Below the pieces are notes generated by a model that did not search any database, had not been told where the DNA came from, and saw only the letters and a list, made by a program, of their open reading frames with translations. Source: an uncultured Planctomycetaceae bacterium (GTDB lineage: Bacteria; Planctomycetota; Planctomycetia; Planctomycetales; Planctomycetaceae). From it: 64,000 nt of DNA. Position 1 is the first letter of the stretch. Every line of letters starts with the position of its first letter. The position numbers and the translations under genes are program-made. The stretch lies in assembly GCA_963813715.1 (NCBI GenBank), contig CAWFAK010000017.1, forward strand, positions 704,001-768,000, given 5' to 3'. Positions 34,905 to 45,809 of the stretch are shown piece by piece.

Positions 34905-36823
34905 ATGAAGCCTTCCGCCCTCCGTTCGTCGACCCCGACGCCTGTCGCCGCCGCCAGAAGCTGGCGGCCGCTGACGGAGGGCTGTCTGTTGTTTTGCCTG
35001 GTGTTCCTCGTCTACGTGCCTTCGCTCTCGTCCTCTTTCATCTGGGATGACGACGACTACGTCACTGAGAACAGGACGCTACTTTCGCTCGGCGGCCTCC
35101 GGCAAATCTGGCTCGAGCCGAGTGCGACGCCCCAGTATTACCCGCTCGTCTTCACGACGTTTTGGACTGAGCAGCACCTGTGGGGACTCAATCCGACCGG
35201 CTATCACCTGGTGAATTCCCTGCTGCACGCGGCCAACGCGGTGGGCGTGTGGTTGATCCTTCGGCGGCTTTCCATTCCGGGAGCTTGGTTGGCGGCGGCC
35301 CTCTTTGGACTGCATCCGGTGCACGTCGAGTCCGTCGCGTGGGTGACCGAGCGCAAAAACGTGCTGTCGGCCTCGTTTTATTTGTTGGCCCTTTGGCAGT
35401 TTCTCGGTTGGGTGGAGCGAGTTCCCAGCGAGGGCGAAGTGGCGACCCACGCCATTTCCGTCCGTTCGTACGCTTTAGGATGTTGTTTCTTCGTCTGCGC
35501 TCTCTTGAGTAAGTCGGTCACTTGTTCGCTGCCCGCCGCCTTAGCCTTGCTACGTTGGTGGAAGGTGGGCCGCCTCCGCTTCCGCGAATTGGTGCCGATC
35601 GTTCCGCTGTTCGCGGTCGGCGCGCTCCTGGCGTGGAACACGGCCTGGCTGGAACGGGCCCACGTCGGAGCGTCGGGGGCCGCGTTCTCTTGGACCATTG
35701 CCGAGAGGTTCTTGATTGCCGGGCGAGCGCTTTGGACTTATGCCGTCACGCTCGTCTGGCCCGCGAATCTTTGCTTCGTTTATCCCCGCTGGACCGTCGA
35801 CCCGTCGGCTTGGGGCGGATGGGCGATCGCGGTTGCCGCTGCCGGTGTGCCAATCGTGCTGGCCGCGCGTCAGCGACGAATCTCCGGTCCGTTGCTCGCC
35901 CTGCTCTTCTTTGCGGGCACGCTGCTGCCAGCGCTCGGATTCTTCAACATCTTTCCGATGCGATACGCCTTCGTGGCCGACCACTACCAGTACCTGGCGA
36001 GCTTGGGGCTGCTGACGCTCGTCGCCGCCTGGTGGTTCGGCTCTCAGGCGACCAGGTGGGATTGGCGTGCGCCGTCACCTGCGCCTTGCCATTCGACGTG
36101 CGCCGCGCGATTGCGGCCGGTGTGCTCGTTGTCCTGGCCTGTCTAACCTGGCAGCGGCAAGGCGTGTTTCACGATTCGACCGCGCTTTGGACGCAGACGC
36201 TGGCCCGCAATCCGACCAGCATGATCGCCAATATTCAGATGGGCCGGTTGGCCTCGCGCCGCAAGGATTACGCCGCGGCCGAGCAATATCTGCGCGACGG
36301 GATTCGTTATTGCACCGACGATCTCGAAACGCACGAATTCGAGACCAACCTGGCCCACGTCCTGTCGGCCGAGGGGCGCTACGACGAAGCGACCATCGAG
36401 TTCCAAAAGGCCCTCGCGCGAAAGCCGGACTATCCCGAGGCGCTCAACGGCCTGGCGAACGTGGCGGCCCGTCAGCAGAACTATGCCGCGGCGATCGAGC
36501 TTTATCGGAAATCGCTCGAAGGGCAGCCGCAAAACGCCGTCATTCGCACGAATCTGGCGAACGCCATGGTGGCGACGGGCCAATCCGCCTCCGCGGAACG
36601 CGAGTATCGGACGGCCCTCGAGGCCGACCCGCAATCGATTCCCCCCCGCTTGGGTCTGGCCCTGCTCTGGGCCCGCGCCGGCAATCTGCCGCAGGCCGAA
36701 GCGGAATGTCTGGAGATCTTGAAACTCGAACCACGACACGCCGCCGCCACGCGACTGCTCGCGCGGATCCGAGTCGATCGCCGAATCGCTCGGCCGCACG
36801 GCGTGAACTATGCCGGAAAGTGA
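34905..36823 (+). CDS. TMTC-like GT-C membrane protein with TPRs; frameshift near 36060
   Basis: FIWDDDDYV, YYPL, HPVHVESVAWVTERKN, LSKS, ADHYQYL, TPR repeats. Confidence 0.85.
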
Positions 36824-36843
36824 AACACAGGGAGATCGGAAAA

Positions 36844-38100
36844 ATGGTGTCGATCAGAATCGTATTGGGGGCGGTGGCCGCGGTGGCTGTGCTGTCAGGA
36901 TCAGTTTGGGTAGGGCGTTACGCACCTTGGGCGGAGAAACAGCAGACCCAGCGAGAATTGACGCTGGTTCGCAAGCAGCGTGAATTCAACGAGATGGAGG
37001 ACCTGCGACTGGGGCGAACGCCGAAGGATTCCGTGGGAATCGCCACCGCTCCCGCCGTCGATCCTCGACCTCCGCTTGCCGAAACGGCGCCATTCCCCAA
37101 GGCCGCGATCCTGGAGCGCGTCTACCGCTTCGGCACGATGGAGGTTGGCGAAGAAAAGACTCACAAATTTCGCATCGAAAATCGCGGGGAAGGCCCCCTC
37201 TCAATTGGCCGCGGGCCGACGCAGTGCAAATGCACGCTCAGCCGCCTGGCGAACGGTTCGATTGCCCCCGGCGGATTTGCCGAGGTGGATGTGAGCTGGA
37301 CGCCGATCGAGTTCGAGGAGGCGTTCTCCAAGATGGCCAAGATCTACACGAGCGATCCCGAAACTCCGGAAATTGATTTCGCGGTCATCGGGCACGTCGT
37401 TCCCAAGGTTGAGGCCAGGCCCCTAACCTGGAATCTCGGCGAGATCTCCGAAAAGGAGACGAGCAAGGTTGTCGGGAAGATCGGCTCTCCGCTCAACGCG
37501 AAATTTAGCGTCGCCACGGTCGGCGTGACCGGGCCGAACGTGAAGATCACCTACAAGCCGCTCACCAAAGAGGAGCTGGCCGCGGCTCACTGGAGCGCCG
37601 GCTGCGAATTCACGGCAACGGTGGGCAAAGACCTTCCTTGGGGCCGCTTTAAGTCCAAGGCCCGCATTCGCGCTACCAACGATCCCGAACATCCCGTCGA
37701 CGTGGATATCAACGCGGTCCGCACCGGCGACCTTCACTTTCTGCCGGTGATGCCCTTGGTCGGCACGGGGATCTGGTCCTCCAACAGGACCTTGTTGAAT
37801 CTCGGCGTGTTTGGACACGAGCGAGGCAGCAAAGTCGTGATGCCGGCCCTGGTCTCGTCCATGAAGGGCAACTTCCAGCTGCTGGGGGTCGATTCGGAGG
37901 TCGGTTTTCTCAAGATTTCGGCACAACCCGACCCATCGATCGGCGACGCGGAGCGGCAGGGAGTGCGTTTCTTGATCGAAGTGCCGCCCGGCTCTCCGGC
38001 ACTTTCACGGCCGTCATTTGCGCCCGTCCATGTGACGCTCCGCACCAACCACCCGACCCTCTCGAAGATCGGTTTCGACATCGCGTTCGTGTCGGAGTGA
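36844..38100 (+). CDS. DUF1573-domain (Ig-like) protein
   Basis: N-terminal anchor; FGTME..HKFRIENRGEGPL...QCKCT...IAPGG. Confidence 0.8.
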   Translation: MVSIRIVLGAVAAVAVLSGSVWVGRYAPWAEKQQTQRELTLVRKQREFNEMEDLRLGRTPKDSVGIATAPAVDPRPPLAETAPFPKAAILERVYRFGTMEVGEEKTHKFRIENRGEGPLSIGRGPTQCKCTLSRLANGSIAPGGFAEVDVSWTPIEFEEAFSKMAKIYTSDPETPEIDFAVIGHVVPKVEARPLTWNLGEISEKETSKVVGKIGSPLNAKFSVATVGVTGPNVKITYKPLTKEELAAAHWSAGCEFTATVGKDLPWGRFKSKARIRATNDPEHPVDVDINAVRTGDLHFLPVMPLVGTGIWSSNRTLLNLGVFGHERGSKVVMPALVSSMKGNFQLLGVDSEVGFLKISAQPDPSIGDAERQGVRFLIEVPPGSPALSRPSFAPVHVTLRTNHPTLSKIGFDIAFVSE

Positions 38101-38456
38101 AGGTCCCTGTCGATCGTTTCGAAGCGACCGGCAACGGCATGAAAGTTCGATGAAGGTCTTCCTGGAAGTTGCTCAATAAAACTTGTTTCGGGCTTCATCA
38201 CACGTTCAAGCACCCTCAGTAGGGTCGTGAGCACAATGGCGGCATTTTTGATTCTGCATTTTCCAGGACACGGAGGGCTGGTTATGTGATACGCACCTCT
38301 TCCCCGAATCCACGCAGCGCCAGGCTTTTGCCGACGAGGGCTCCGCTGCGGTCGTTCATCGTCGGGCCTTGGTGCCGCTTAGTCCGAACCCAGGCAGATT
38401 TCAGCGGCACCGCCGTTTCACACAACATCACTTGAATTGCCAGAGGAGATAAACGA

Positions 38457-39698
38457 ATGCAATCGATGAACCGTAGCAAGTCGCGGCCACGTCGCGGCTT
38501 TACCATCATCGAGCTGTTGGTTGTGATTGCCATTATTGCCGTTCTGATTTCCTTGCTGTTGCCGGCCGTTCAGGCCGCCCGCGAATCGGCCCGTCGCACG
38601 CAGTGCAAGAACAACCTGCACCAGCACGGCCTGGCCGTGTTCAACTTCGAGTCCGCCACCCGCAACCTGCCGACCTCCGGCGAGGGCGGCGATTACACGA
38701 CCGCCACCAACCCGTCATCGGGTGCGACTCCCCCCTTCACCACGTTTGCCCTGTACTCCATGCAGACGGCCATCGCGCCCTATGCCGAAGAGCAAACGCT
38801 CACCGTTCAATACAACTACACCTACGTCTACAACGACGCCCGCGCAACGCAGAACCAGACCGCCGCTCAGACGGTGATTCCCTGGATGCTCTGCCCCAGC
38901 AACTCGCTTTACGCTCCGGACCCGGATGGGTACGGCACGACCGACTACATGGTCACCAACTACACCGATATCGATCCGAACACCGGCGTGCGCAACAAGC
39001 TCACCCGTATGAACGGCGCCTTGTCGGTCGGCGGCGGCCCGATCTCGGCCATTTCCGACGGACTCAGTCACACCATCATGATGGGCGAAGACACCGGCCG
39101 TCAGTTCGAGACGCTGCAGTACGGCAGCGAATCGCTCTACAACGACCCGGTGTTCGGCTCGAGCGCCGCCTCGTCGTCGGGCATGGGCTTTTACTGGAAC
39201 GGCAAAGCCACGGTCCTGTACACCGGCGGTGTGCTGCCGACGGGCAACACGGTGACCCCCAGCGGTCACCGCGCGCTGCCTCGCTGGGCGGAGCCGGATA
39301 ACTCCAACGGCGTTTCCGGTCAGGCCAGCTCGTACTCCCTCAACTACGGCACGGGAGCGGTCTACATCGCGCCCGTGATCAACGGCGACTTCTCGCCGAA
39401 GGGCGGTCCCGGCGGTTACGGGTCGGCCGTTGGCGAGCCGTATCAGCTGGTCAATCCGTCCTCGACGGCGACCGGCAACTATACGGCGGCTGCGCCGGCC
39501 ACCAATGTTTGCGGATGGTACTGGAACAACTGCGGTCCGAACGACGAGTTCTTCAGCTTCCACCCGAGCGGGATCAACGTCCTGATGGCCGACGGTGGCG
39601 TGCACTACTTGAGCGAACAGATCGACCCGATCACCATTCGCTACCTCACCACCGCCAATGAAGCCATTCCGACCGAGGGTGGCACGTTCCTGCAGTAA
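38457..39698 (+). CDS. DUF1559 prepilin-type protein, Cys-poor and Ser/Thr/Gly/Tyr-rich
   Basis: [34 protein letters not shown]; about 4 Cys; GAGGAG RBS. Confidence 0.92.
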   Translation: MQSMNRSKSRPRRGFTIIELLVVIAIIAVLISLLLPAVQAARESARRTQCKNNLHQHGLAVFNFESATRNLPTSGEGGDYTTATNPSSGATPPFTTFALYSMQTAIAPYAEEQTLTVQYNYTYVYNDARATQNQTAAQTVIPWMLCPSNSLYAPDPDGYGTTDYMVTNYTDIDPNTGVRNKLTRMNGALSVGGGPISAISDGLSHTIMMGEDTGRQFETLQYGSESLYNDPVFGSSAASSSGMGFYWNGKATVLYTGGVLPTGNTVTPSGHRALPRWAEPDNSNGVSGQASSYSLNYGTGAVYIAPVINGDFSPKGGPGGYGSAVGEPYQLVNPSSTATGNYTAAAPATNVCGWYWNNCGPNDEFFSFHPSGINVLMADGGVHYLSEQIDPITIRYLTTANEAIPTEGGTFLQ

Positions 39699-39935
39699 GA
39701 CCTCCGCGAGGGTTGCCTCGCAGAGATCCGAGCCGTGTCGCCTGACATGGCGTCAAAATCAACCGGCGCCGGACGCACTTTCGGGTGCGTCCGGCAACCG
39801 GTCTTTCGCCGAGGTTCCCCCTGTCTTGTCACTGATCGGGGGGACCCTCGGTCTTCTTCATTTTTTCCCTTGGACCAATCCGCCGCAACCCATCCGCGCG
39901 ATTTGGCGGCGGGCTTTTGACGCGAGACGATTCCC

Positions 39936-40967
39936 ATGACTGCTCGATCCCGTTCCCGGTTTCAACACGGCTTTCGGTTTCAATACGGCGCGGCCCTGAG
40001 CGCACTGCTCGTGCTGACCTTGAGTGGCTGCACCATGAAGAGCACCGAACTTTCGAACCAAGCGAAGGCCGAAGCCGCCAGCGGCAATGCGGACGGCGCC
40101 ACCGATGCGTCGCTGGCCGGCAGCGTGGAAGCGGACGGTTCCAGCACGGTCTACCCCATCACGCAAGCCGTCGCCGAGGAGTTCATGAAGTCGCACCCGA
40201 AAGTCGCAATTCGGGTGAATATTTCGGGGACCGGCGGCGGCTTTAAGCGATTCAAAGAAGGCGATCTCGATATCTGCGACGCATCGCGCCCGGTCGAAGA
40301 CACTGAGCGAGCCGCGTGCATCAAGAACAAGGTCGGCTTTATCGAGCTGCCGATCGGCATTGACGGCATTACGGTCGTCGTGAATTCCAAGAACACCTGG
40401 TGCGAGGCGCTCACGGTCGCCCAGCTCAAAAAACTGTGGGAATCGGGGAGCAAGATCAAAACTTGGAACGAGCTCGATCCCTCCTTCCCGAACGAGAAAA
40501 TCATCCTCTACGGGCCCGACACCGACTCCGGAACGTTCGACTATTTCACGGAGGCGATCTGCGGCAAGAAGGGAAACAGCCGCACCGACTACACGCCCAG
40601 CTCCAACGACAATGTGCTGATTCAGGGCGTACAGGGAAATCCGGGAGGGCTCGGTTACTTCGGCTACGCGTACTACGTCTTGAACAAGGACACGCTTCGC
40701 GCCGTCAAAATCGCTTCCGGAACCGACAAAGCCGCCGCGATTGCCCCCACGGACGAAACGATCCTCTCCGGCCAGTACAAGCCACTGTCTCGTCCGTTGT
40801 TTCTCTACGTCAACAAGAAGTCGCTGTCCCGAACTGAAGTGATCGCCTTCCTGCGTTTCTACCTCGACCGGGGACCAAACCTTGTCAAAGAGGTGCACTA
40901 CATCCCCCTGCCCGAGTCGGGATACAAGGTGGCGCGTGACCGCCTGACCATTGGGATCGAAGACTAA
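39936..40967 (+). CDS. pstS: Phosphate ABC transporter substrate-binding lipoprotein
   Basis: LSGC lipobox, DGSSTVYP, SGTGGGFK, DSGTFDYF, YKPLSRPLFLY. Confidence 0.93.
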   Translation: MTARSRSRFQHGFRFQYGAALSALLVLTLSGCTMKSTELSNQAKAEAASGNADGATDASLAGSVEADGSSTVYPITQAVAEEFMKSHPKVAIRVNISGTGGGFKRFKEGDLDICDASRPVEDTERAACIKNKVGFIELPIGIDGITVVVNSKNTWCEALTVAQLKKLWESGSKIKTWNELDPSFPNEKIILYGPDTDSGTFDYFTEAICGKKGNSRTDYTPSSNDNVLIQGVQGNPGGLGYFGYAYYVLNKDTLRAVKIASGTDKAAAIAPTDETILSGQYKPLSRPLFLYVNKKSLSRTEVIAFLRFYLDRGPNLVKEVHYIPLPESGYKVARDRLTIGIED

Positions 40968-41072
40968 CTGCCCGATTCACCTTCATCGAGAGCCGTCGTG
41001 CAGGCTCGCGCTGCGGGAATCCCGGCCGGTGCCGGGTGACGAATTCCTTCCCTCTCAAGGTGGATCAATCGC

Positions 41073-42039
41073 TTGTCCGCCAATGCCCTTCCGCCGATCG
41101 ACTTGAAACGTCGTTTCTCGGTGATGCGCGTTCGCGAGCTGACGATTCGGGCCTTGCTGCTCGGTTGCGCACCTCGTGTCGGTCCTGACGACGGCCGGCA
41201 TCATCTACGTGTTGGTCACCGAGGCCCTCATTGCCATCCCGCCCGAAAAGGCCTTTTTCCAGGAAGTCTCGCCGGTGGAGTTTTTCACCGGGACACAGTG
41301 GACTCCGCAATACCAGGACAAGCACTTCGGCATCTTGCCGCTGCTCGCCGGGACGTTCCTGGTCGCGGGAATCGCGGCGATGATCGGACTGCCGATCGGG
41401 CTGGCCGGCTCGATTTATTTGAGCGAGTACGCCTCGCGTCGCACGCGCAACCTCATCAAGCCAATCCTTGAGATTCTGGCGGGCATTCCCACCGTGGTGT
41501 TTGGCTACTTCGCGCTGGTGTTCATCACGCCGTACGTACTCCGCCCGATTTTTCAGGGATGGCTGGGCTTTGAGGTCAACATTTTCAACGCAGCCAGTGC
41601 CGGCTTCGTCGTGGCGATCATGATCATTCCCATCGTCACGTCACTCAGCGAAGAGGCCTTGCGCTCCGTGCCACAGGCGCTTCGCGAAGCGGCTTATGCG
41701 CTTGGGTCAACCAAGTATCAGGTCTCGGCCAAAGTCGTGGTGCCGGCCGCCTTGTCGGGAATTCTCGCTTCGTTCTTGCTGGCGATTTCCCGGGCCGTAG
41801 GGGAGACGATGGCGGTCGCCATTGCCGCGGGTCAAAGCCCGACGATGACGTTGAACCCGTTTCAAAGCGTGGAAACCATGACGGCTTTCATCGTGAACGT
41901 CAGCTTTGGCGATAAGCCGCAGGGCAGCCTCGAATGGAAGTCGCTGTTTGCGGTGGCGATGACCCTCTTCGTCATGACCTTGGCGATGAACGTCGTCTCG
42001 CAAATGATCATGCGGCGGTTCCGCGAGGTCTATCAATGA
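41073..42039 (+). CDS. pstC: Phosphate ABC permease; frameshift near 41172
   Basis: [33 protein letters not shown]. Confidence 0.9.
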
Positions 42040-43103
42040 ATGCCGCCTCGACGAATGTGCCCTCCGCAAGCGTCCCCCCCCAGAGCGTTCGCCCGACCGA
42101 ATCGACCCAGGACCTGCTGCATGTCCGCCGGCGACCGGCACTCTCCCGCTGGTTCGAGCGGGGCTTCGAGTGGACTTGTGCCGCGTCGACCTGGTTTGGG
42201 CTTGGCGTCCTGGTCGTACTATTGATCGGCGTGTTGTGGCAGGGGGCCGGCTGGCTGACCTTGTCGTTTTTAACCAATTACGACTCGCGGCACCCGGAAA
42301 ACGCCGGCGTGATCGCCGGCCTGTGGGGCAGCTTTTGGCTTGTCTCTCTGGCGACTCTGCTGACCGTTCCCATCGGCGTGGGCGCGGCAATTTTTCTCGA
42401 GGAATACCAGACGAAGGGCTGGCTGCGGACGCTGATTGAGGTCAACCTGTCGAATCTCGCCGGCGTCCCCTCGATCGTCTACGGCATTCTGGGAATGGCC
42501 GTCTTCGTCAAGATGTTCGGCGTCTTCCAACACGATCCCCAGTTGCTGGAGCTCTCGCTCGGCTTCACGTCGGTCGAGATCCCGCTGCCCTTCGGACGCA
42601 CCGTGCTATCGGGAGCCATGACGCTGGCGTTGCTGATGCTGCCGGTCGTGATTGTGGCGTCGCGCGAGGCGCTGCGAGCCATTCCGCCATCAATCCGGCA
42701 CGCCTCGTACGCGCTGGGGGCGACGCACTGGCAGACGATTCGCCACGTGGTCCTGCCGGTGGCCGTCCCCGGCATCGTCACGGGCGTGATCCTGGCCGTC
42801 GCTAGAGCGGCCGGCGAGACGGCCCCTCTGTTGATGATCGGAGCGGCAATTTTCCTCGCGCGGACACCGGGGGGGATCGAATCCCCAGCCGACGTCTTCC
42901 GCCATCCGCACGGCCTGCTCGAGGCTCCCTTCGACCACTTCACTGCGCTTCCGATTCAGATCTACAACTGGGTGTCCCGACCCGAGCCGGAATACCGGCA
43001 TGTGGCGGCGGCAGCCATACTGGTGCTGTTGGCAGTGCTGCAAGTGTTCAATGTCACGGCCAGCATCGCGCGGGCACGGTCGCGGAGCCGCGCTCGCTGG
43101 TAA
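42036..43103 (+). CDS. pstA: Phosphate ABC permease
   Basis: [34 protein letters not shown] coupling to pstC. Confidence 0.92.
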   Translation: MNAASTNVPSASVPPQSVRPTESTQDLLHVRRRPALSRWFERGFEWTCAASTWFGLGVLVVLLIGVLWQGAGWLTLSFLTNYDSRHPENAGVIAGLWGSFWLVSLATLLTVPIGVGAAIFLEEYQTKGWLRTLIEVNLSNLAGVPSIVYGILGMAVFVKMFGVFQHDPQLLELSLGFTSVEIPLPFGRTVLSGAMTLALLMLPVVIVASREALRAIPPSIRHASYALGATHWQTIRHVVLPVAVPGIVTGVILAVARAAGETAPLLMIGAAIFLARTPGGIESPADVFRHPHGLLEAPFDHFTALPIQIYNWVSRPEPEYRHVAAAAILVLLAVLQVFNVTASIARARSRSRARW

Positions 43104-43125
43104 CTGACACGGTGCGCACTGCCCC

Positions 43126-45642
43126 TTAAGTCGTCGCGGCGTCCGCACAGGTCCCGCGTCGGCGCCACCCGGCGATCCCCAAAACGATCGCCCAGGTGCC
43201 CAACAGCAATCCTCCCCCTCCGGCAACCTCGAAGCCGCGACGCACCACTTGCGGATCGTATGTGCAGACGATGGTGTGCTTGCCCGCCGGAACGCGGAAG
43301 CCGCGCAGTGCGACGTCGACCCGGTAAATCGGGCAAGCGGCACCGTCCAGCTCCGCGTGCCAGCCCGGGTCCCAGAGATCGGAGTGCAGCACGAGGCCGG
43401 CCGTTTGCATGTCGACGTCGAGACGTACGCGCGTGGGCGTTTCGTAGTCGACGTGCGCCGTGCCGCGCATGCTTGCGGGCAGTTCCAGCTCGTCCTGCAG
43501 GAAGACCGTTTGCTTGGGGGCAAACTCGAACTTGCCCAGCTCCGCAAGGGCCTCTTCGTCGCTTTTGACGACGCGTGCCGACAGCGGAACGTACGCTCGC
43601 GGTAGCGCGCTCTGGTTTTCCGTCACCCAATAATCGTTTTGATGCAGAAAGATCGGCAGGTCGGCCGGCGGAGCCTCGCGAAAGATCAAGTAACGCACGT
43701 TGAGCAGATCGGCCACGGGATGCAGCTTCAGGGTGTGGCCCATCACCCGGCCGGCCGGGACGGCTGCCAGCGTGCGCGCGTAGGCATAATAAATTGTGCG
43801 ATTACGATCGCAGGCCAACTCGATCAACTTGATGTAGTTACGCGGGTCGACGGCGTCGTACCCGCGGGCGTCGTCCAGGCCGTACATCAAGTTGAGCGAG
43901 GGGGGCAAACAGGCGACGCCCCACACACGATCATGCGGCAATGCGGCCAACTGCTCGAGGATTTGCAGACGCGGAAAATACAGCTCGCGGTCTGCCTGCC
44001 GCCGTTCGTCCCAGGCGAATGCGAAAAGCTCCAAGGGGAGAAAGCCGATCAAGGCAATCCGCGCCCATTTCGCGCGTGGGCCGTCACGAAATGTCGCCAG
44101 CCATCCTCCGAGTGCAACGACGGCAAGCCCAGCCCCGAGCAGGAAATAGCTCGAAAAGGCGTCCATCTTCCGCGTGAGCGTCAAGAGCCGAACGATACAC
44201 CAAATCAGGAAGAACGCAGTCGCGCCCACCGGAATGCCCCACCGCCAGCGAAAAATCGGCGTGCCTGCGCGAAGCGAATCGAGGCCGATCGCGGCCAGGC
44301 TGAGAACCGCGAGCGACGTGGCGAACGTCCAGCGGTTGTACGACAGCGAGAGCAATGGCTGCATCAGCCCGGAGCGCAGAAAGTCGATCAGGCCCGGGAT
44401 CTTCAAGACCCAACCGAGCGAAATCACGATCAGCACCGTGAGAAACACCGTGGGCGAACGCAGACGCCGATTGCACCACGCCAGTGGTGCCAACCACAGA
44501 GCGGCCAGAAGGCCGGCATACGCGCTCGACGAACTTTCGATCAGGCCGGATTTGACCGTCCGCGCCCAGTTGTCCCGCGGGAAACCGCCATAAACATCCG
44601 GTCGAACAATCGGCGGCAACGCCTCGAATCCTTCCGGTGGACGCTCTTCGAGCCCCTTTGCGTGTGAATCCATGCGGATGCCGGTGCGAACATATTCCAT
44701 CAACGGAAGCAGAGCCGGGGCTGCCAGTGCAAAACCCAACATCCAGCCCGCACCGATGGCGACGGCCGAAGCCGCTGCGAGTCGCGAACGTTGCGTGATC
44801 GTTCGTTCGACCAGAAGCCAGACGGCAAACAGGCCAGAGGTCAACAGCACGAGGCCCGCGATCCCCATGTGACCGGCCACCAGGATCAGCGCGGTGGCTG
44901 CGGCCACGGCGAGACCGCCCCAGCCCCGCGGGTTTTTAATGGCGGCATGGATTGCCACGAGCAGCCAGGGAAGCCAGCAGACGGGAACGATCGTCGCAAA
45001 GCCGTGCCAGAGCGTCATGAAGCCGGTGAGCGGAACGCACCAGCTCGCGAGTGCCGCCGGCCAGTACGCGAGCGACAGCCAGCGTCTGAGTAAGGTCCAG
45101 AAGCCCAGGCCGAGAACGAGCAACTGCGACAACGCGATCCAGGCGACGGTGACCGGCGACGGCACAATGACGTAGAGCCACTCAAAAGGCGAGTAGCCCC
45201 AGCCAACAAGCGGCGCTCCGGCGAAATTGTGCGGATTCCAGAGCGGCAGGCGGCCGGCCCGCAGCTCCTTTGCGCAAAACTCGCGCACCTGCGGATAACC
45301 GAAAACCAGGTCCGTCAGCTCGACGCCGTGATGCACGACGACCTTCGGGGAAGCGGAATCGCGCGGCAAGTACACCGATTCATGCGCCAACAAATCGACG
45401 GGGATGTCGACCGTGCGGCCCACCAACGCCGGGCCGAGCAAGAGCAGCTGCGGAATTAGCCACCCGGACCAAAGCAGCATCCAACCCGGCCAGCGATCGG
45501 TCCATCTCACAGGCGCGCGGCCGACTCGGCCGGCATTGCCTCTGCTTCGTTCATACGATCGACGCTTACGCTCTTCCAATTGCGAAACACGGTTCTCGAA
45601 ACGCCGCTGTTTGCTGCGTTGTCTCGCCCCGTCACGGCTCAC
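43126..45642 (-). CDS. YfhO-like multi-TM membrane protein (GT-C related)
   Basis: GRLPLWNPHNFAGAP, LLNVRY, ENQSALPRAY, WDPGWHAELDG, VPAGKHTI. Start uncertain. Confidence 0.75.
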   Translation of the reverse strand: MSRDGARQRSKQRRFENRVSQLEERKRRSYERSRGNAGRVGRAPVRWTDRWPGWMLLWSGWLIPQLLLLGPALVGRTVDIPVDLLAHESVYLPRDSASPKVVVHHGVELTDLVFGYPQVREFCAKELRAGRLPLWNPHNFAGAPLVGWGYSPFEWLYVIVPSPVTVAWIALSQLLVLGLGFWTLLRRWLSLAYWPAALASWCVPLTGFMTLWHGFATIVPVCWLPWLLVAIHAAIKNPRGWGGLAVAAATALILVAGHMGIAGLVLLTSGLFAVWLLVERTITQRSRLAAASAVAIGAGWMLGFALAAPALLPLMEYVRTGIRMDSHAKGLEERPPEGFEALPPIVRPDVYGGFPRDNWARTVKSGLIESSSSAYAGLLAALWLAPLAWCNRRLRSPTVFLTVLIVISLGWVLKIPGLIDFLRSGLMQPLLSLSYNRWTFATSLAVLSLAAIGLDSLRAGTPIFRWRWGIPVGATAFFLIWCIVRLLTLTRKMDAFSSYFLLGAGLAVVALGGWLATFRDGPRAKWARIALIGFLPLELFAFAWDERRQADRELYFPRLQILEQLAALPHDRVWGVACLPPSLNLMYGLDDARGYDAVDPRNYIKLIELACDRNRTIYYAYARTLAAVPAGRVMGHTLKLHPVADLLNVRYLIFREAPPADLPIFLHQNDYWVTENQSALPRAYVPLSARVVKSDEEALAELGKFEFAPKQTVFLQDELELPASMRGTAHVDYETPTRVRLDVDMQTAGLVLHSDLWDPGWHAELDGAACPIYRVDVALRGFRVPAGKHTIVCTYDPQVVRRGFEVAGGGGLLLGTWAIVLGIAGWRRRGTCADAATT

Positions 45643-45809
45643 GATTCAAAGGGATCCCCTAGGGTGGCACAAGTTTGTTAAGAAAGCGTTTATAGCGGCT
45701 GAGTCTGCCAACGATCGTTTCGGCCATTCGCTTGATTCACTACTCTCGTAGGGCGGCTTCCCTGCGGCGTCGTGCGACGCAAGCCGCGTATTTTCAGCTT
45801 GGATGACGG

